64,000 nt of DNA. Origin: Gammaproteobacteria bacterium. Its GTDB lineage: Bacteria > Pseudomonadota > Gammaproteobacteria > DSM-19610. Positions 48,066 to 60,364 of the stretch are shown piece by piece. Position 1 is the first letter of the stretch. The number at the start of each line of letters is the position of its first letter. The stretch is taken from NCBI GenBank assembly GCA_030621785.1, contig JAUXGZ010000001.1:6690-70689 (forward strand), read 5' to 3'. A program made the translations under genes and the position numbers. Below the pieces are notes generated by a model that saw only the letters and a list, made by a program, of their open reading frames with translations, had not been told where the DNA came from and searched no databases.

Positions 48066-49499
48066 CTACATCCCCCAGTCATGCACGGGCTCCCTGCTCT
48101 GTTGACGCTCATAGATAGCCTCGGTCAGTAGCTGCATATCATTGCCGTGCCGTGCCACCCAGGCACGTTGCCAGCGGCTGCCGGTACAACCATTGTGTAT
48201 ACGCTGCCTGATAATGCCAAGATAGAAATCCCGATCCTGCGCATCAATTTCCAGCAGGTCCAGACCACAGGCTGCCAGCGGCAGCAGTTGGTCGAGCAAC
48301 AAACTTTGTGCCGGCTGCTTGCGACCATCCAGCCAGCTAATCTGTGCATCCAGGCCCTTCCGTGCAGCGGTGTAGAAGTTGTCACGCGCCGTCGCAAACG
48401 GCAGCTGCAACTCGGGCGCACGTTCGCACGTCGCCAGCGAGTGCACCAGCCCGTAGAAAAAGGCAGTATTGGCAATGCAATCGACCACCGTGGGCCCACT
48501 GGGCAACACCCGGTGTTCGATACGCAGGTGTGGCGTGGCGTCGTCATCGAAACCGATCAGTGGCCGGTTCCAGCGCCAGATGGTGCCGTTATGCAGGCGC
48601 ACATAGCGCATCGCGGCATCGGGCTCGTCGAAAGCCGTGGGCAGCAGCACCGGAAAATGTTGCTGGTTCTCAGCAAAGCACTCGAACAGTGACTCCTTCG
48701 CGTAGCCAGAACCGAAACTCACCCGTCGTAGCGGTCCGCGTGCGGCACCACCGAGACCTCCAATATCGACCGATTGTTCGAACAGGGGGATGCGGGTCTC
48801 TTCCCACAACTCGCGGCCGAACAGGTAGGGCGAATTGGTGGACGCGGCCAGTGTGAGTGCCGATACGATCTGTGCAGCGTTGTAATAGCGTACCACCTGA
48901 TCGGGACTAACCTTTAAATGCACCTGCAGTGACGTGGTCGCCGACTCCAGCATGACATCCCGGTGCAGGATATTCAGGTGTTCGCGGCCGTGTATATCCA
49001 GCTGCAACGGCTGGCCATTGCGCAGTCGCAGCACCTGTTCGTTGAGTGCCCGGTAACGCTTCATTGCCGACATGTTGTTCAGCGTCAGGTCCTGCTGCTG
49101 CGCACTCGGCAGGATACCGGTCATAAGTACGCGCACCCCCAGCCCGGCGGCAGCCGACTGGCAACGTTCCCAGGTCTGCTGCAGTTCCTGTTGCAAGCGG
49201 CTCAGCGCCAGGCTGTTCAGTGCCTGCGGCTGCACATTCAGCTCAACATTGAACTTTGCCAGTTCGGGCACCACCATCGGGTCATCAAGCCGGTCCAGCA
49301 ATGCCTGTATCACCGCCGCCGGCCGAGCCTGATCATCGATCAACCAGGCCTCCAGCTCCAGACCGCAGACCGGTACCACATCCGAGAAAGCCCGTTCATC
49401 GAACCAGCATTTCAGCAGTGCAGTCTCGCCAGCCAGTCGCTGCTCGAATGCCTCGGAGTCGGCAGAAGTAAAATGACTGCGGGATATTTCATCGCCCAT
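48066..49499 (-). CDS. Glutamate-cysteine-ligase family 2 (GCS2-like) carboxylate-amine ligase
   Basis: GLELEAWL, ELAKFNVELN, ESATTSLQVH, NSPYLFG..WEETRIPLFEQ, HNGTIWRWNRP, HLRIEHRVLPSGPT. Confidence 0.85.
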   Translation of the reverse strand: MGDEISRSHFTSADSEAFEQRLAGETALLKCWFDERAFSDVVPVCGLELEAWLIDDQARPAAVIQALLDRLDDPMVVPELAKFNVELNVQPQALNSLALSRLQQELQQTWERCQSAAAGLGVRVLMTGILPSAQQQDLTLNNMSAMKRYRALNEQVLRLRNGQPLQLDIHGREHLNILHRDVMLESATTSLQVHLKVSPDQVVRYYNAAQIVSALTLAASTNSPYLFGRELWEETRIPLFEQSVDIGGLGGAARGPLRRVSFGSGYAKESLFECFAENQQHFPVLLPTAFDEPDAAMRYVRLHNGTIWRWNRPLIGFDDDATPHLRIEHRVLPSGPTVVDCIANTAFFYGLVHSLATCERAPELQLPFATARDNFYTAARKGLDAQISWLDGRKQPAQSLLLDQLLPLAACGLDLLEIDAQDRDFYLGIIRQRIHNGCTGSRWQRAWVARHGNDMQLLTEAIYERQQSREPVHDWGM

Positions 49500-49502
49500 A
49501 GC

Positions 49503-51226
<1,724 letters not shown>

Positions 51227-51304
51227 TGCATACAGGCTTCAGCAATCGACAGCAAGGAAGGTCGTCATTCTAGCAGGCCCGACAAACAAAAATCACCTGT
51301 ACCG

Positions 51305-54300
51305 TTAACACGCTGATTCGCGCCTGCAACAGGCTCGCAAGCGTTCCCGCAGATCGTCAGCGATCAGGTAAAAACAGGGCACCACCACCAGAATCAATAC
51401 CGTGGCAAACAGCAGGCCGAAGCCCAGGCTGACCGCCATGGGGGACAGGAAAGCCGTCTGCCCGGTGGCAAAAAAAATCAGCGGCGAAATCCCCAGAAAG
51501 GTAGTTACCGAGGTCAGCAGGATCGGACGCACACGGATGCGTCCCGCCTCGACCAGCGCATCGACCCGATCCCAGCCCTGCAAACGCAGCTTACGGGCAA
51601 AATCCACCAGGATCAGCGAATCGTTGACCACAATGCCGGTCAGAGCAAGAAAGCCGACCATGGAAAGGAACTGCAGATGATAGCCAAACAGGATATGCCC
51701 GACCACAACGCCGATAAAACCGAAGGGAATGGCCAGCATCACCACCAGCGGATCCAGCATTGATTTGAACAGCGAGGCCAGGATAAAGAAGATAAGCGCC
51801 AGCGATACCACCAGTGCACGCAGCATACCCTGCATGGAATCGCTCGCTTCCTTTTTCTCGCCCAGAAACAGCAAATGGTATCCCGGCACCTGTTGTTCGA
51901 AATCGGCATAGCGGTCTTCGATAAGCCGGGTAACTTCCAGCGGCGTGGTCTGTCGATCGTCTATTTCGGCGGTAACCGTCGCCAGACGCTGTGTATCGCG
52001 CCGCTGTATGGTATTCAGACCACGCCCCCGCTGGATATCGGCAACGTCCCCCAGGTAGACGATGCGGCCATCGTCCAGAGTGACCGGCAGTGTTTCCAGG
52101 CTGGCATTGTGGCGCACGGCATCGGTATAGATAATGCGTACCGGTACACGCTGGTCGCCGCGCGTGACATGCACTGCTTCCAGACCAAGAAAACCGGTAC
52201 GCACGGCGTCGGCAAGCTGCTTTTGCGTCAGACCCAGCTGGCGACCGCGTTCATTGAGGCTATAGCGGTACTCGAGCTTGCCGGCATCCAGATCCTGGCG
52301 AACATCGTAGACGCCCGGTACCTTGCGCAGGTGGTCACGCAGCTCGCCAGCCAGTTGCAGCAGCCGACCGGCATCCGGACCCACGACACCGATCTCGATA
52401 TCCGCACCCGCCGGACCTCCCTGGGGACGCAATATTGACATGCGTTTGATACCCGTCAGCGTTTCCAGGCGCTGGCGTACATCCTGTATTACTTCGTCAG
52501 TTTCCCGTTCCCGGGTGCCCTCCCGGCTGAATTTCAGGCTGACCAGTGGTGACACAAAGCGTTCGATAAAACCGTGTGGTACCGGTTTTTTCAGATCGAT
52601 GATGAGCTGGATATAGTTGCTACCGAAACGAAACCGGTTGAAGTCGACGAAAGTAACGCCGACGTTGGTCAACATGGTATCAATTTCATCTTCGGCCACA
52701 CTTTCCCGAATGGCACTTTCGATACGCCGGGCAAGCCGCTCGGTATCCTCGAGGCTGTAGGTATTGGGCGCCTCGATGTTGGCAAAGAACTGGCCGATGT
52801 CGGCACGTCCGAACAGCTGGAACGGCACGCGTGTCATCGCCCAGGAAGTCGCAATGGTCAGTACGGCTACCGCCAGCAGCGTAACGAAGTAGCGATGGCG
52901 TAACGCCGTGCGCAGCAGGTTTACATAGTGGTGCAGCCATGCTGACCAGTCGATCCACCCGCTTCTGCGTGGACGCTGTTCCACCCGCAGTAACTCCGCC
53001 GCGTGGGATGGCAGCACGGCAAATGCTTCCCACAGGGATCCCAGCAACGCCGCTGCGACCACCACCGGGATTACTTCGATGAAGGCACCCAGCGTGCCGC
53101 CAATGGCAAACATGGGCAGAAATGCCGCCACGGTGGTACTGGTTGCAGCCAGTACCGGCCACATGACTTCGCGCGTTCCGGCTTCCGCCGCCTGCTGCGG
53201 CGCGGCCCCCTGTTCCATGTGACGATAGATGTTTTCCGTGACAATAATGGCGTCATCAACAATCAGGCCGAGCGCAATCAGAAAAGCGAACAGTGACACC
53301 ATGTTGATGCTGTAGCCGAGGTAATGGATCAAGGTCACGGCCACCAGAAAAGATACCGGAATACCCATCGCCGTGATCAGTGCCACGCGAAAATTCAGGA
53401 ACAGGTACAACGACAGCAGCACCAGTACCAGACCGACCAGGCCGGATGACTTGACGGTATTGAGACGGTTTTTCACATACACGGAAAGGTCGCTGAACAA
53501 GCCGATCTGCACGCTGGGCGGCAATTCGGCACGCAGACGGGCCGCTTCCTCGTGCACCCGTTCCGAGACTTCGATGGTAGATGCCTGTGCAGTCTTGGTA
53601 ACGGTCAGGTTCACCGACGGCTCGGCGTTGAAACGTCCCAGGGTCGTGGCCTCTTCGAGACGCAGGCGCACGCTCGCCAGTTCCCCCAGGCGCAGCCGGC
53701 CGCCCTCGTCATTACTCTGCACCACAATTTTCTCGATGGCCGCGGGTTCCGGCGTCACCCCCTTGCCACGCAACAGGATATCGCCTTCCCGTGCCTTGAC
53801 CGAGCCACCCGGAAGATCCCTGAGGTTTTCGCGTACCGCCCGGATCACTTTCTGCAGGGAGACACCCCGTACTGCCAGCAGATGCGGATCCACCTCCACC
53901 CACAGCTCCCAGTCGCGATCACCGGCAATCCCCACGCTGGCCACACCCGGCAACTGCAATATACGACGTTTCACCCGCTCGGCAGTATCGTACAGGTAAC
54001 CCCGATTGGCGTTCCCGTACAGGCTGATGCTGATAACGGGGAAACGGGTTTCCAGCCGCACCAGCTTCGGCTCCTCGGCCTCATCGGGCAAATCGGTAAT
54101 CTGATCCAGTGCGGTGCGGGCATCACGCATGAACTGATCGACGCTGGTGCCGGGTTTCAGCTTGAGAGTGACAATGGACAGACCTTCACTGGAAGTGGAG
54201 GTCATAATATCCAGGTCGGCCATGCCGTCGAACTCTTCCTCGATGGGCAGCGTCACCTGCTGCTCCACCTCTTCCGGAGAAGCCCCCTCGAATTCGGTGC

Positions 54301-54442
54301 TGATGCGCACCATGTCCAGTTCCACCACGGGAAACATCTCCTGCGGCATGGCGAACCAGGACAACACGCCCACCAGGATTACCAGTACCAGCAGCAGGTT
54401 GGTAATCAGAGGGTTGGCGACAGAAAAACGCACCAGGGACAT
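51305..54442 (-). CDS. RND efflux permease (AcrB-like)
   Basis: GLIVDDAIIVTENI, GIVVNDSLILVDF, RVRPILLTSVTT. Confidence 0.92.
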   Translation of the reverse strand: MSLVRFSVANPLITNLLLVLVILVGVLSWFAMPQEMFPVVELDMVRISTEFEGASPEEVEQQVTLPIEEEFDGMADLDIMTSTSSEGLSIVTLKLKPGTSVDQFMRDARTALDQITDLPDEAEEPKLVRLETRFPVISISLYGNANRGYLYDTAERVKRRILQLPGVASVGIAGDRDWELWVEVDPHLLAVRGVSLQKVIRAVRENLRDLPGGSVKAREGDILLRGKGVTPEPAAIEKIVVQSNDEGGRLRLGELASVRLRLEEATTLGRFNAEPSVNLTVTKTAQASTIEVSERVHEEAARLRAELPPSVQIGLFSDLSVYVKNRLNTVKSSGLVGLVLVLLSLYLFLNFRVALITAMGIPVSFLVAVTLIHYLGYSINMVSLFAFLIALGLIVDDAIIVTENIYRHMEQGAAPQQAAEAGTREVMWPVLAATSTTVAAFLPMFAIGGTLGAFIEVIPVVVAAALLGSLWEAFAVLPSHAAELLRVEQRPRRSGWIDWSAWLHHYVNLLRTALRHRYFVTLLAVAVLTIATSWAMTRVPFQLFGRADIGQFFANIEAPNTYSLEDTERLARRIESAIRESVAEDEIDTMLTNVGVTFVDFNRFRFGSNYIQLIIDLKKPVPHGFIERFVSPLVSLKFSREGTRERETDEVIQDVRQRLETLTGIKRMSILRPQGGPAGADIEIGVVGPDAGRLLQLAGELRDHLRKVPGVYDVRQDLDAGKLEYRYSLNERGRQLGLTQKQLADAVRTGFLGLEAVHVTRGDQRVPVRIIYTDAVRHNASLETLPVTLDDGRIVYLGDVADIQRGRGLNTIQRRDTQRLATVTAEIDDRQTTPLEVTRLIEDRYADFEQQVPGYHLLFLGEKKEASDSMQGMLRALVVSLALIFFILASLFKSMLDPLVVMLAIPFGFIGVVVGHILFGYHLQFLSMVGFLALTGIVVNDSLILVDFARKLRLQGWDRVDALVEAGRIRVRPILLTSVTTFLGISPLIFFATGQTAFLSPMAVSLGFGLLFATVLILVVVPCFYLIADDLRERLRACCRRESAC

Positions 54443-54450
54443 AGGCGGAC

Positions 54451-55620
54451 TCAGCGCATGCCGGCAGGGCGGACAACAACTGCCTGTCCGTCAGCCAGGG
54501 CGGCCACATCGCGCACCACCACCCGTTCGCCAGGTTCGATGCCCGCCAGAATCACCTGTTTCAGGCCGACTCGCGGACCGGGCTGCACCGCAACACGCTG
54601 CAGTTGATCATCCAGAACACGAAACAGGAAAGCGCCTTCTTCTTCCATCAACAGGGCTGTAGCCGGAATCACCAGTACCCGGTCCAGGGCCATCAGCGGC
54701 AGGTGTGCAACTGCCGCCGCACCGGAACGAGTTTCGGATTCCGGCAACTGCAGGCGTATTGCGTGCGTGAAGGTAACCGGGTCCGGGTCCGGCTGCACCG
54801 AAACCACGCTGGCCGACCAGGTTTGACCCTCTACGTCCACCTCCACCACCTGCCCGAACTGCAGCGCCCGGGCCACGATACCGCGAACCTGTGCATAGAA
54901 CTCCAGCCGTGTGTCCGTGATCTCGATCACCTTGAGGACACGGCTGGCAAAATCACCCACTTCCAGCTGCACCTGGTTGACCTTGCCGGTAAATGGCGCC
55001 CGCAAACGGGTCCGGTCCAGGTTGTGCTGCGCCCGGTCCACGGCCGCCTGACGCGAAGCAATCCGCGCCGGTCCGGTCGCCACACTACTGCGCAGGCGCC
55101 CCTCCTCGGACATGCGCTGGGTCAGCAGTGCCGCAGCATTACCCAGCAGGGTCTTGGAAGCCATCGAGCGCTCGCCAAGACTGTTCAGCCGTTCCACCTC
55201 CTCCTCCTGCAGCTTACGACTGCGTTCCGCCAGGGTCAGCAGCTCGCGGTCGCGTTCCAGGTCAGCCTCTGCCTGTTGTAATTCCGCACGCACCTGAATC
55301 AGGGCGTCCTGGTAGTCCTGCGACTCCAGTATCAGCAGGACATCACCTTCCTGTACCGACTGACCCGGCTGTACGCGACGCTCCACTACCCGACCGTCTA
55401 CCTCAAAATTCAACCAGGCACGACGCGACGGCCGCAAATAGCCCGATACCACTTCAACCGGCCGCAGGTTTTCCCGCACAACCCGTTGAACCAGTACCGG
55501 TGAAGGCGCCAGCACGCGCAGCTCGGGTTGTTGCGACGGACGCACCAACACCAGCAGCAATGCAGCACCAAATAACAGTAACAGGACAAAAACCTGCCAT
55601 TGACGAACAAATCGAAGCAC
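54451..55620 (-). CDS. RND periplasmic adaptor (MFP)
   Basis: N-terminal TM, lipoyl halves (VQPGQSVQEGD; LRAPFTG), alpha-hairpin. Confidence 0.88.
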   Translation of the reverse strand: MLRFVRQWQVFVLLLLFGAALLLVLVRPSQQPELRVLAPSPVLVQRVVRENLRPVEVVSGYLRPSRRAWLNFEVDGRVVERRVQPGQSVQEGDVLLILESQDYQDALIQVRAELQQAEADLERDRELLTLAERSRKLQEEEVERLNSLGERSMASKTLLGNAAALLTQRMSEEGRLRSSVATGPARIASRQAAVDRAQHNLDRTRLRAPFTGKVNQVQLEVGDFASRVLKVIEITDTRLEFYAQVRGIVARALQFGQVVEVDVEGQTWSASVVSVQPDPDPVTFTHAIRLQLPESETRSGAAAVAHLPLMALDRVLVIPATALLMEEEGAFLFRVLDDQLQRVAVQPGPRVGLKQVILAGIEPGERVVVRDVAALADGQAVVVRPAGMR

Positions 55621-55735
55621 AAACGTACACTTACCCAGCTATTGGAGATACAATGATTGTATGCGAATTCATGTTCCATCGGCCAGCACCAGAGTCTGTG
55701 CCACACCCTGCTCCTGACAGAATCCGCCACCGGCC

Positions 55736-58063
55736 GTGAATAAATTCCGTGAATTCCTCCTTGTTGTGACCCTGTCCATAGCAACGCAGCTGCATGCAGA
55801 GCCGGTTCCTGACTGCAAGTACCGGCTGAGCGAAGCCTCCTGCTCCAATTTCGACCCCTACCAGCGCGTCTCGCCCTGGGCGGTGTGTCCACCGCTCCCA
55901 CCGCGCGACTACAACCCGCAATACAAGGGAAACCCGGCGCTGGCGCCCACCCGCCTGTTCGGCAACATGGCCGACCGGACGGGCGGCAGCAAGCTGACCC
56001 TGATAGGCAATGCCGAGGTCGAGAAAGGCGACCGGCGACTGCGCGCACAGCACATCAGCTACGACGATCAGTCGGGTCTGCTGGAAGCCTGGGGCGAAAT
56101 CCGCTATGACGACCTCGAGCTGTCGCTGACAGCCGACCATGGACGGATGTGGATCAACGAGGACCGGGGAGAATTTTTCAATGCCAGTTATCTCTTCTAC
56201 GACCGCCACGCCCGCGGCACCGCGGAAATTTCCTACCTGCTGGAACCGGGCATTACCGAGTACAACCGGGCCACCTACACGACCTGCCCGGAAAATGATA
56301 ATTTCTGGCAGCTGCGCAGCAGCAAGGTGACGCTGAATGAAAATACCGGCGTCGGTGTGGCACGCAATGCCAGGCTACACGTCAAGGATGTCCCGGTGCT
56401 GTACACGCCCTACCTCAGCTTCCCGATCGACGACCGGCGTAAAACAGGTTTTCTTATGCCGAGCTTCGGCACCTCGAGCAATTCGGGTTTCGAGTTTTCC
56501 GTACCTTTCTACCTCAACCTGGCACCGAACTATGATGCGACCCTGACCGCACGGCACCTCGAGGACCGCGGCTGGCAGCTCAATACCGAATTTCGCTACC
56601 TGACCCCCTGGTCGAGAGACACCAGCTTCGCTAATCTGGAATACCTGTCCAACGACAACAAAACCGACACCAACCGGAGCCGTTTCACCTTTCAGGACCA
56701 CTCCCGCTTCAACAAAAATCTGACTACCAACATCGATTACGACCGGGTATCCGACCGCAGTTATCTGCAGGACCTCAATGACAACCTGGGCGTGTCGAGT
56801 AAATCCTTCCTGCAACGCACCGGTGAAATAAACTACGACACCAGCTGGTGGGGAGCAGGCGCACGGGTCGATGACTATCAGACCGTGGACCCCGATGTGA
56901 CACGCGCGAACCGCCCCTATCAACGACTGCCACGGCTGACGTTCAACTTCCATCCCACCATGCACCCGCTGGGCCTGGGCCTGGCGGCACCCACCGAATT
57001 CGTGCGTTTCGACCACGATGAAAAAGTAACCGGCGACAGGATAGACCTGTGGCCCTCGCTAAGCATGCCGTTGCAAAGAACGGCCTTCGAGATCACGCCG
57101 AAGGCAGCGGTACGTTACACCACCTATAAACTCAGCGACCAGGAACCATCGGATTCCGACAGTCCATCGCGTACCACGCCACTTTTCAGTCTCGACAACC
57201 GGGTATTTTTCGAACGCAATCTCAACCTCGGACACGGCAGTTATATGCAGACGCTGGAACCCCGCCTGTACTATCTGTACGTTAAGGAGGAAAATCAGGA
57301 CGACATACCGGTATTCGACTCCAGCACCCGAACTTTCACCTATAACGAATTGTTCGTCGAGAACCGTTTCAGTGGCGCCGACCGCATGGGCGATGCCAAC
57401 CAGGCAACCCTGGCACTGACATCAGAGCTTGGTAACCCGGAAACCGGTGCCCGGCTACTGCAAGCATCGATCGGCGGAATCCGCTATTTCAGGGACCGGA
57501 AGGTACAGCTCAAGACGGATACACCCATTGAAACGCGGGACTGGTCAGATATCGCCGCTCAACTCGATATAGCTATCGCCAGGGCCTGGACCAGCAAGGC
57601 CGACCTGGTATGGGATCCGTACGACGAAAGTACCCGGCGAATCAACGCCCGCATCCAGTACAAGCCGGGATTCAGGAAGATTGCCAACCTGTCTTACCGC
57701 TATCTGCGCAAGGAGAACCCGTCCAGCACCAGCAACCGGAACAATGGCCGCAACCAGGACAATACCCAGAACCAGATCGATGCCTCGATACTCTGGCCAC
57801 TGACGCCAAACTGGCATGTGCTGGGGCGCTGGTATTACGATCTGGATGCTGCGCAGATCCTGGAGCGCACCGCCGGCATCGAGTACGACAATTGCTGCTG
57901 GGGCATCCGCCTGGTGGCCCGCGAGTACATAAAAAGGGAAAGCGAAACCAACCAGGCCATCCTGTTGCAGTTCGTATTCAAGGGCCTGGCCCACTTTGGC
58001 AACGATATCGAGTCGGAACTCCAGGATGGTATCCTGGGCTATTCGGAAAGACCGGAAGACTGA
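55736..58063 (+). CDS. lptD: LPS-assembly protein LptD
   Basis: YTTCP, YTPYLSFPIDDRRKTGFL, YLNLAPNYD, ENRFSGADR, EYDNCCW. Confidence 0.95.
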   Translation: MNKFREFLLVVTLSIATQLHAEPVPDCKYRLSEASCSNFDPYQRVSPWAVCPPLPPRDYNPQYKGNPALAPTRLFGNMADRTGGSKLTLIGNAEVEKGDRRLRAQHISYDDQSGLLEAWGEIRYDDLELSLTADHGRMWINEDRGEFFNASYLFYDRHARGTAEISYLLEPGITEYNRATYTTCPENDNFWQLRSSKVTLNENTGVGVARNARLHVKDVPVLYTPYLSFPIDDRRKTGFLMPSFGTSSNSGFEFSVPFYLNLAPNYDATLTARHLEDRGWQLNTEFRYLTPWSRDTSFANLEYLSNDNKTDTNRSRFTFQDHSRFNKNLTTNIDYDRVSDRSYLQDLNDNLGVSSKSFLQRTGEINYDTSWWGAGARVDDYQTVDPDVTRANRPYQRLPRLTFNFHPTMHPLGLGLAAPTEFVRFDHDEKVTGDRIDLWPSLSMPLQRTAFEITPKAAVRYTTYKLSDQEPSDSDSPSRTTPLFSLDNRVFFERNLNLGHGSYMQTLEPRLYYLYVKEENQDDIPVFDSSTRTFTYNELFVENRFSGADRMGDANQATLALTSELGNPETGARLLQASIGGIRYFRDRKVQLKTDTPIETRDWSDIAAQLDIAIARAWTSKADLVWDPYDESTRRINARIQYKPGFRKIANLSYRYLRKENPSSTSNRNNGRNQDNTQNQIDASILWPLTPNWHVLGRWYYDLDAAQILERTAGIEYDNCCWGIRLVAREYIKRESETNQAILLQFVFKGLAHFGNDIESELQDGILGYSERPED

Positions 58064-58070
58064 GCACGCT

Positions 58071-59366
58071 ATGAAATACAAATCCCTTATCTGCCTGATG
58101 CTATCCATGGCATGGAATACTACCGGCAGCGCCGCTGAACCTCTGAACCGGGTTGCGGCCATTGTTAACGAGGACGTGGTGCTGGAAAGCGAGTTGAACG
58201 CGCGGGAAGAGATGGTAGTAGGCCAGTTGCAAGACCAGCAGCAGACTCAACTTCCGCCCCGCAGCGTGATCCGCAAGCAGGTGCTGGACCGGCTGATCCT
58301 GGAAAACCTGCAGCTGCAAATGGCCGAGCGAACCGGAGTCCGTGTTGATGACGAAACCCTCAACTCCAACCTGCGCACCATGGCCCAGCAAAACGGCATG
58401 TCACTGGCCGATTTTAGCGAGGCGCTGGAAGCAGACAATATTGACTATGTCGTCTTTCGTGAACAGTTACGCAACCAGATCACCATGGCCCGCATCCGCC
58501 AGGAAATGGTGGACAACCGTGTGACGGTTACCGAGCAGGACGTGGATAATCTGCTGGCTAATGCCGCCTCCAATAACGACGAAAACCGCGAGTATCGCCT
58601 GTCCCACATCCTGGTATCCGTCCCCGAGGCCGCATCAGCGGAACAAATACAGACGGCGAAGAAACGCGCTGCAGACATTCTGGCACGTCTGCAGAACGGT
58701 GCTGACTTTTCACAGATGGCCATCGCTGAATCAGACGCCCAACAGGCACTGGAAGGCGGCGACCTGGGCTGGAGAAAAACCGGTCAACTACCCTCCTTTT
58801 TCTCGGATGTGGTGGGCCAGTTGAGGAAAGGCCAGGTCAGCGATCTGATCCGCAGCCCCAGTGGCTTCCATATTGTAAAGATTACCGATATCCGGGGTGA
58901 AGAGCGCCACCTTATCGCCCAGACCCATGTACGCCATATCCTGCTGCGTGCCGATGCACTGTCATCCGAACAGGAAACAAAAACTCGTATCGAGCAGCTC
59001 TACGAACGCCTGCTGGAAGGCGCCGACTTTGCCAACCTGGCGCGCGCCAACTCACAGGATCCAGGCTCTGCCAGCGAGGGCGGTGATCTGGGCTGGGTCA
59101 GCCCCGGGCAAATGGTTCCCGAGTTCGAGAAGGTCGCAGACAGCCTGCAACCCGGTGCCATCGGCAAACCATTCGAAAGCCGGTTCGGCTGGCATATCGT
59201 CCAGGTCCTGGCGCGCCGCGAGCATGACGACACGGAAGAGTACCGGCGCTCGCGCGCACGTGAGTCCCTGCTCAAGCTGAAGAAAGACGAAGCACTGGAA
59301 ATCTGGCTGCGACGCCTGCGCGACGAGGCTTACATCGAGTACATGGACAAGGATACGTCGTCGTAA
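58071..59366 (+). CDS. surA: Periplasmic chaperone SurA
   Basis: RVAAIVNEDVVLESE, two parvulin domains (GGDLGW), LRDEAYIE. Confidence 0.95.
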   Translation: MKYKSLICLMLSMAWNTTGSAAEPLNRVAAIVNEDVVLESELNAREEMVVGQLQDQQQTQLPPRSVIRKQVLDRLILENLQLQMAERTGVRVDDETLNSNLRTMAQQNGMSLADFSEALEADNIDYVVFREQLRNQITMARIRQEMVDNRVTVTEQDVDNLLANAASNNDENREYRLSHILVSVPEAASAEQIQTAKKRAADILARLQNGADFSQMAIAESDAQQALEGGDLGWRKTGQLPSFFSDVVGQLRKGQVSDLIRSPSGFHIVKITDIRGEERHLIAQTHVRHILLRADALSSEQETKTRIEQLYERLLEGADFANLARANSQDPGSASEGGDLGWVSPGQMVPEFEKVADSLQPGAIGKPFESRFGWHIVQVLARREHDDTEEYRRSRARESLLKLKKDEALEIWLRRLRDEAYIEYMDKDTSS

Positions 59367-59379
59367 CACGGCAACCGGT

Positions 59380-60327
59380 TTGACGGAAATACCGCGCATA
59401 GCAGTAACCACGGGCGAACCCGCCGGCATCGGGCCGGACCTGTGTCTGTCGCTGGCATCACTGGAGCTTCCCGCCAGAATCGTCCTGATCGGCGACCGTC
59501 AACTGTTGACCGAACGGGCTGCACAACTGGGGATTGATTTCCAGGCCGAAGGACCGATTTCCATCGCTGACTGCCCCGTTGCCAGCCCGGTCCAGGCCGG
59601 TATCCTGGATCCTGCCAACGCAGGCTATGTCCTGGCAACCCTTGATCGTGCCATACAGGGGTGCATGGACAGTGAATTCCAGGCGCTGGTCACAGCACCG
59701 GTACACAAGGGCGTAATCAACGATGCCGGCATTGCATTCAGCGGACATACCGAATACCTGGCACAGAAGACCGGGGCAGCTCAGGTCGTAATGATGCTGG
59801 CCGCACCCGGTCTGCGGGTGGCGCTGGCTACCACCCACCTGCCGCTGTCTGCGGTGGCCGAAGCCATTACACCGCAACGACTCGAATCGGTACTGAGCTG
59901 CCTGCACCGGGAACTCATACAACACTTTGGCATTCGCTCACCACGCATCCTGGTTGCCGGACTGAACCCGCATGCCGGTGAAGGCGGACACCTGGGCCGG
60001 GAGGAAATCGATATTATTGAACCGGTCATCCGGCGCCTGCAGAAGCAGGGCCTGCGCCTGTCGGGCCCGTTGCCCGCGGACACCCTGTTCACCCCGCCCT
60101 GCCTGCAGCAGGCTGACGCGGTGCTGGCCATGTACCACGACCAGGGTCTGCCGGTACTCAAACATATCGGTTTCGGCAAGGCAGTAAACATTACCCTTGG
60201 CCTGCCCATCATCCGAACCTCGGTGGATCATGGCACGGCACTGGATAAAGCCGGCACCGGTACCGCAGAGCCAGGCAGCCTGGTCGCCGCCATCCACTGC
60301 GCGGCTGATATGATCCAGCGCACCTAA
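59380..60327 (+). CDS. pdxA: 4-hydroxythreonine-4-phosphate dehydrogenase
   Basis: GEPAGIGPD, GHTEYLA, GLNPHAGE, MYHDQGL, RTSVDHGTA. Confidence 0.96.
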   Translation: MTEIPRIAVTTGEPAGIGPDLCLSLASLELPARIVLIGDRQLLTERAAQLGIDFQAEGPISIADCPVASPVQAGILDPANAGYVLATLDRAIQGCMDSEFQALVTAPVHKGVINDAGIAFSGHTEYLAQKTGAAQVVMMLAAPGLRVALATTHLPLSAVAEAITPQRLESVLSCLHRELIQHFGIRSPRILVAGLNPHAGEGGHLGREEIDIIEPVIRRLQKQGLRLSGPLPADTLFTPPCLQQADAVLAMYHDQGLPVLKHIGFGKAVNITLGLPIIRTSVDHGTALDKAGTGTAEPGSLVAAIHCAADMIQRT

Positions 60328-60364
60328 CCCGCATTTCTCACCACGGGTTAGCCCCGCGATGCCG

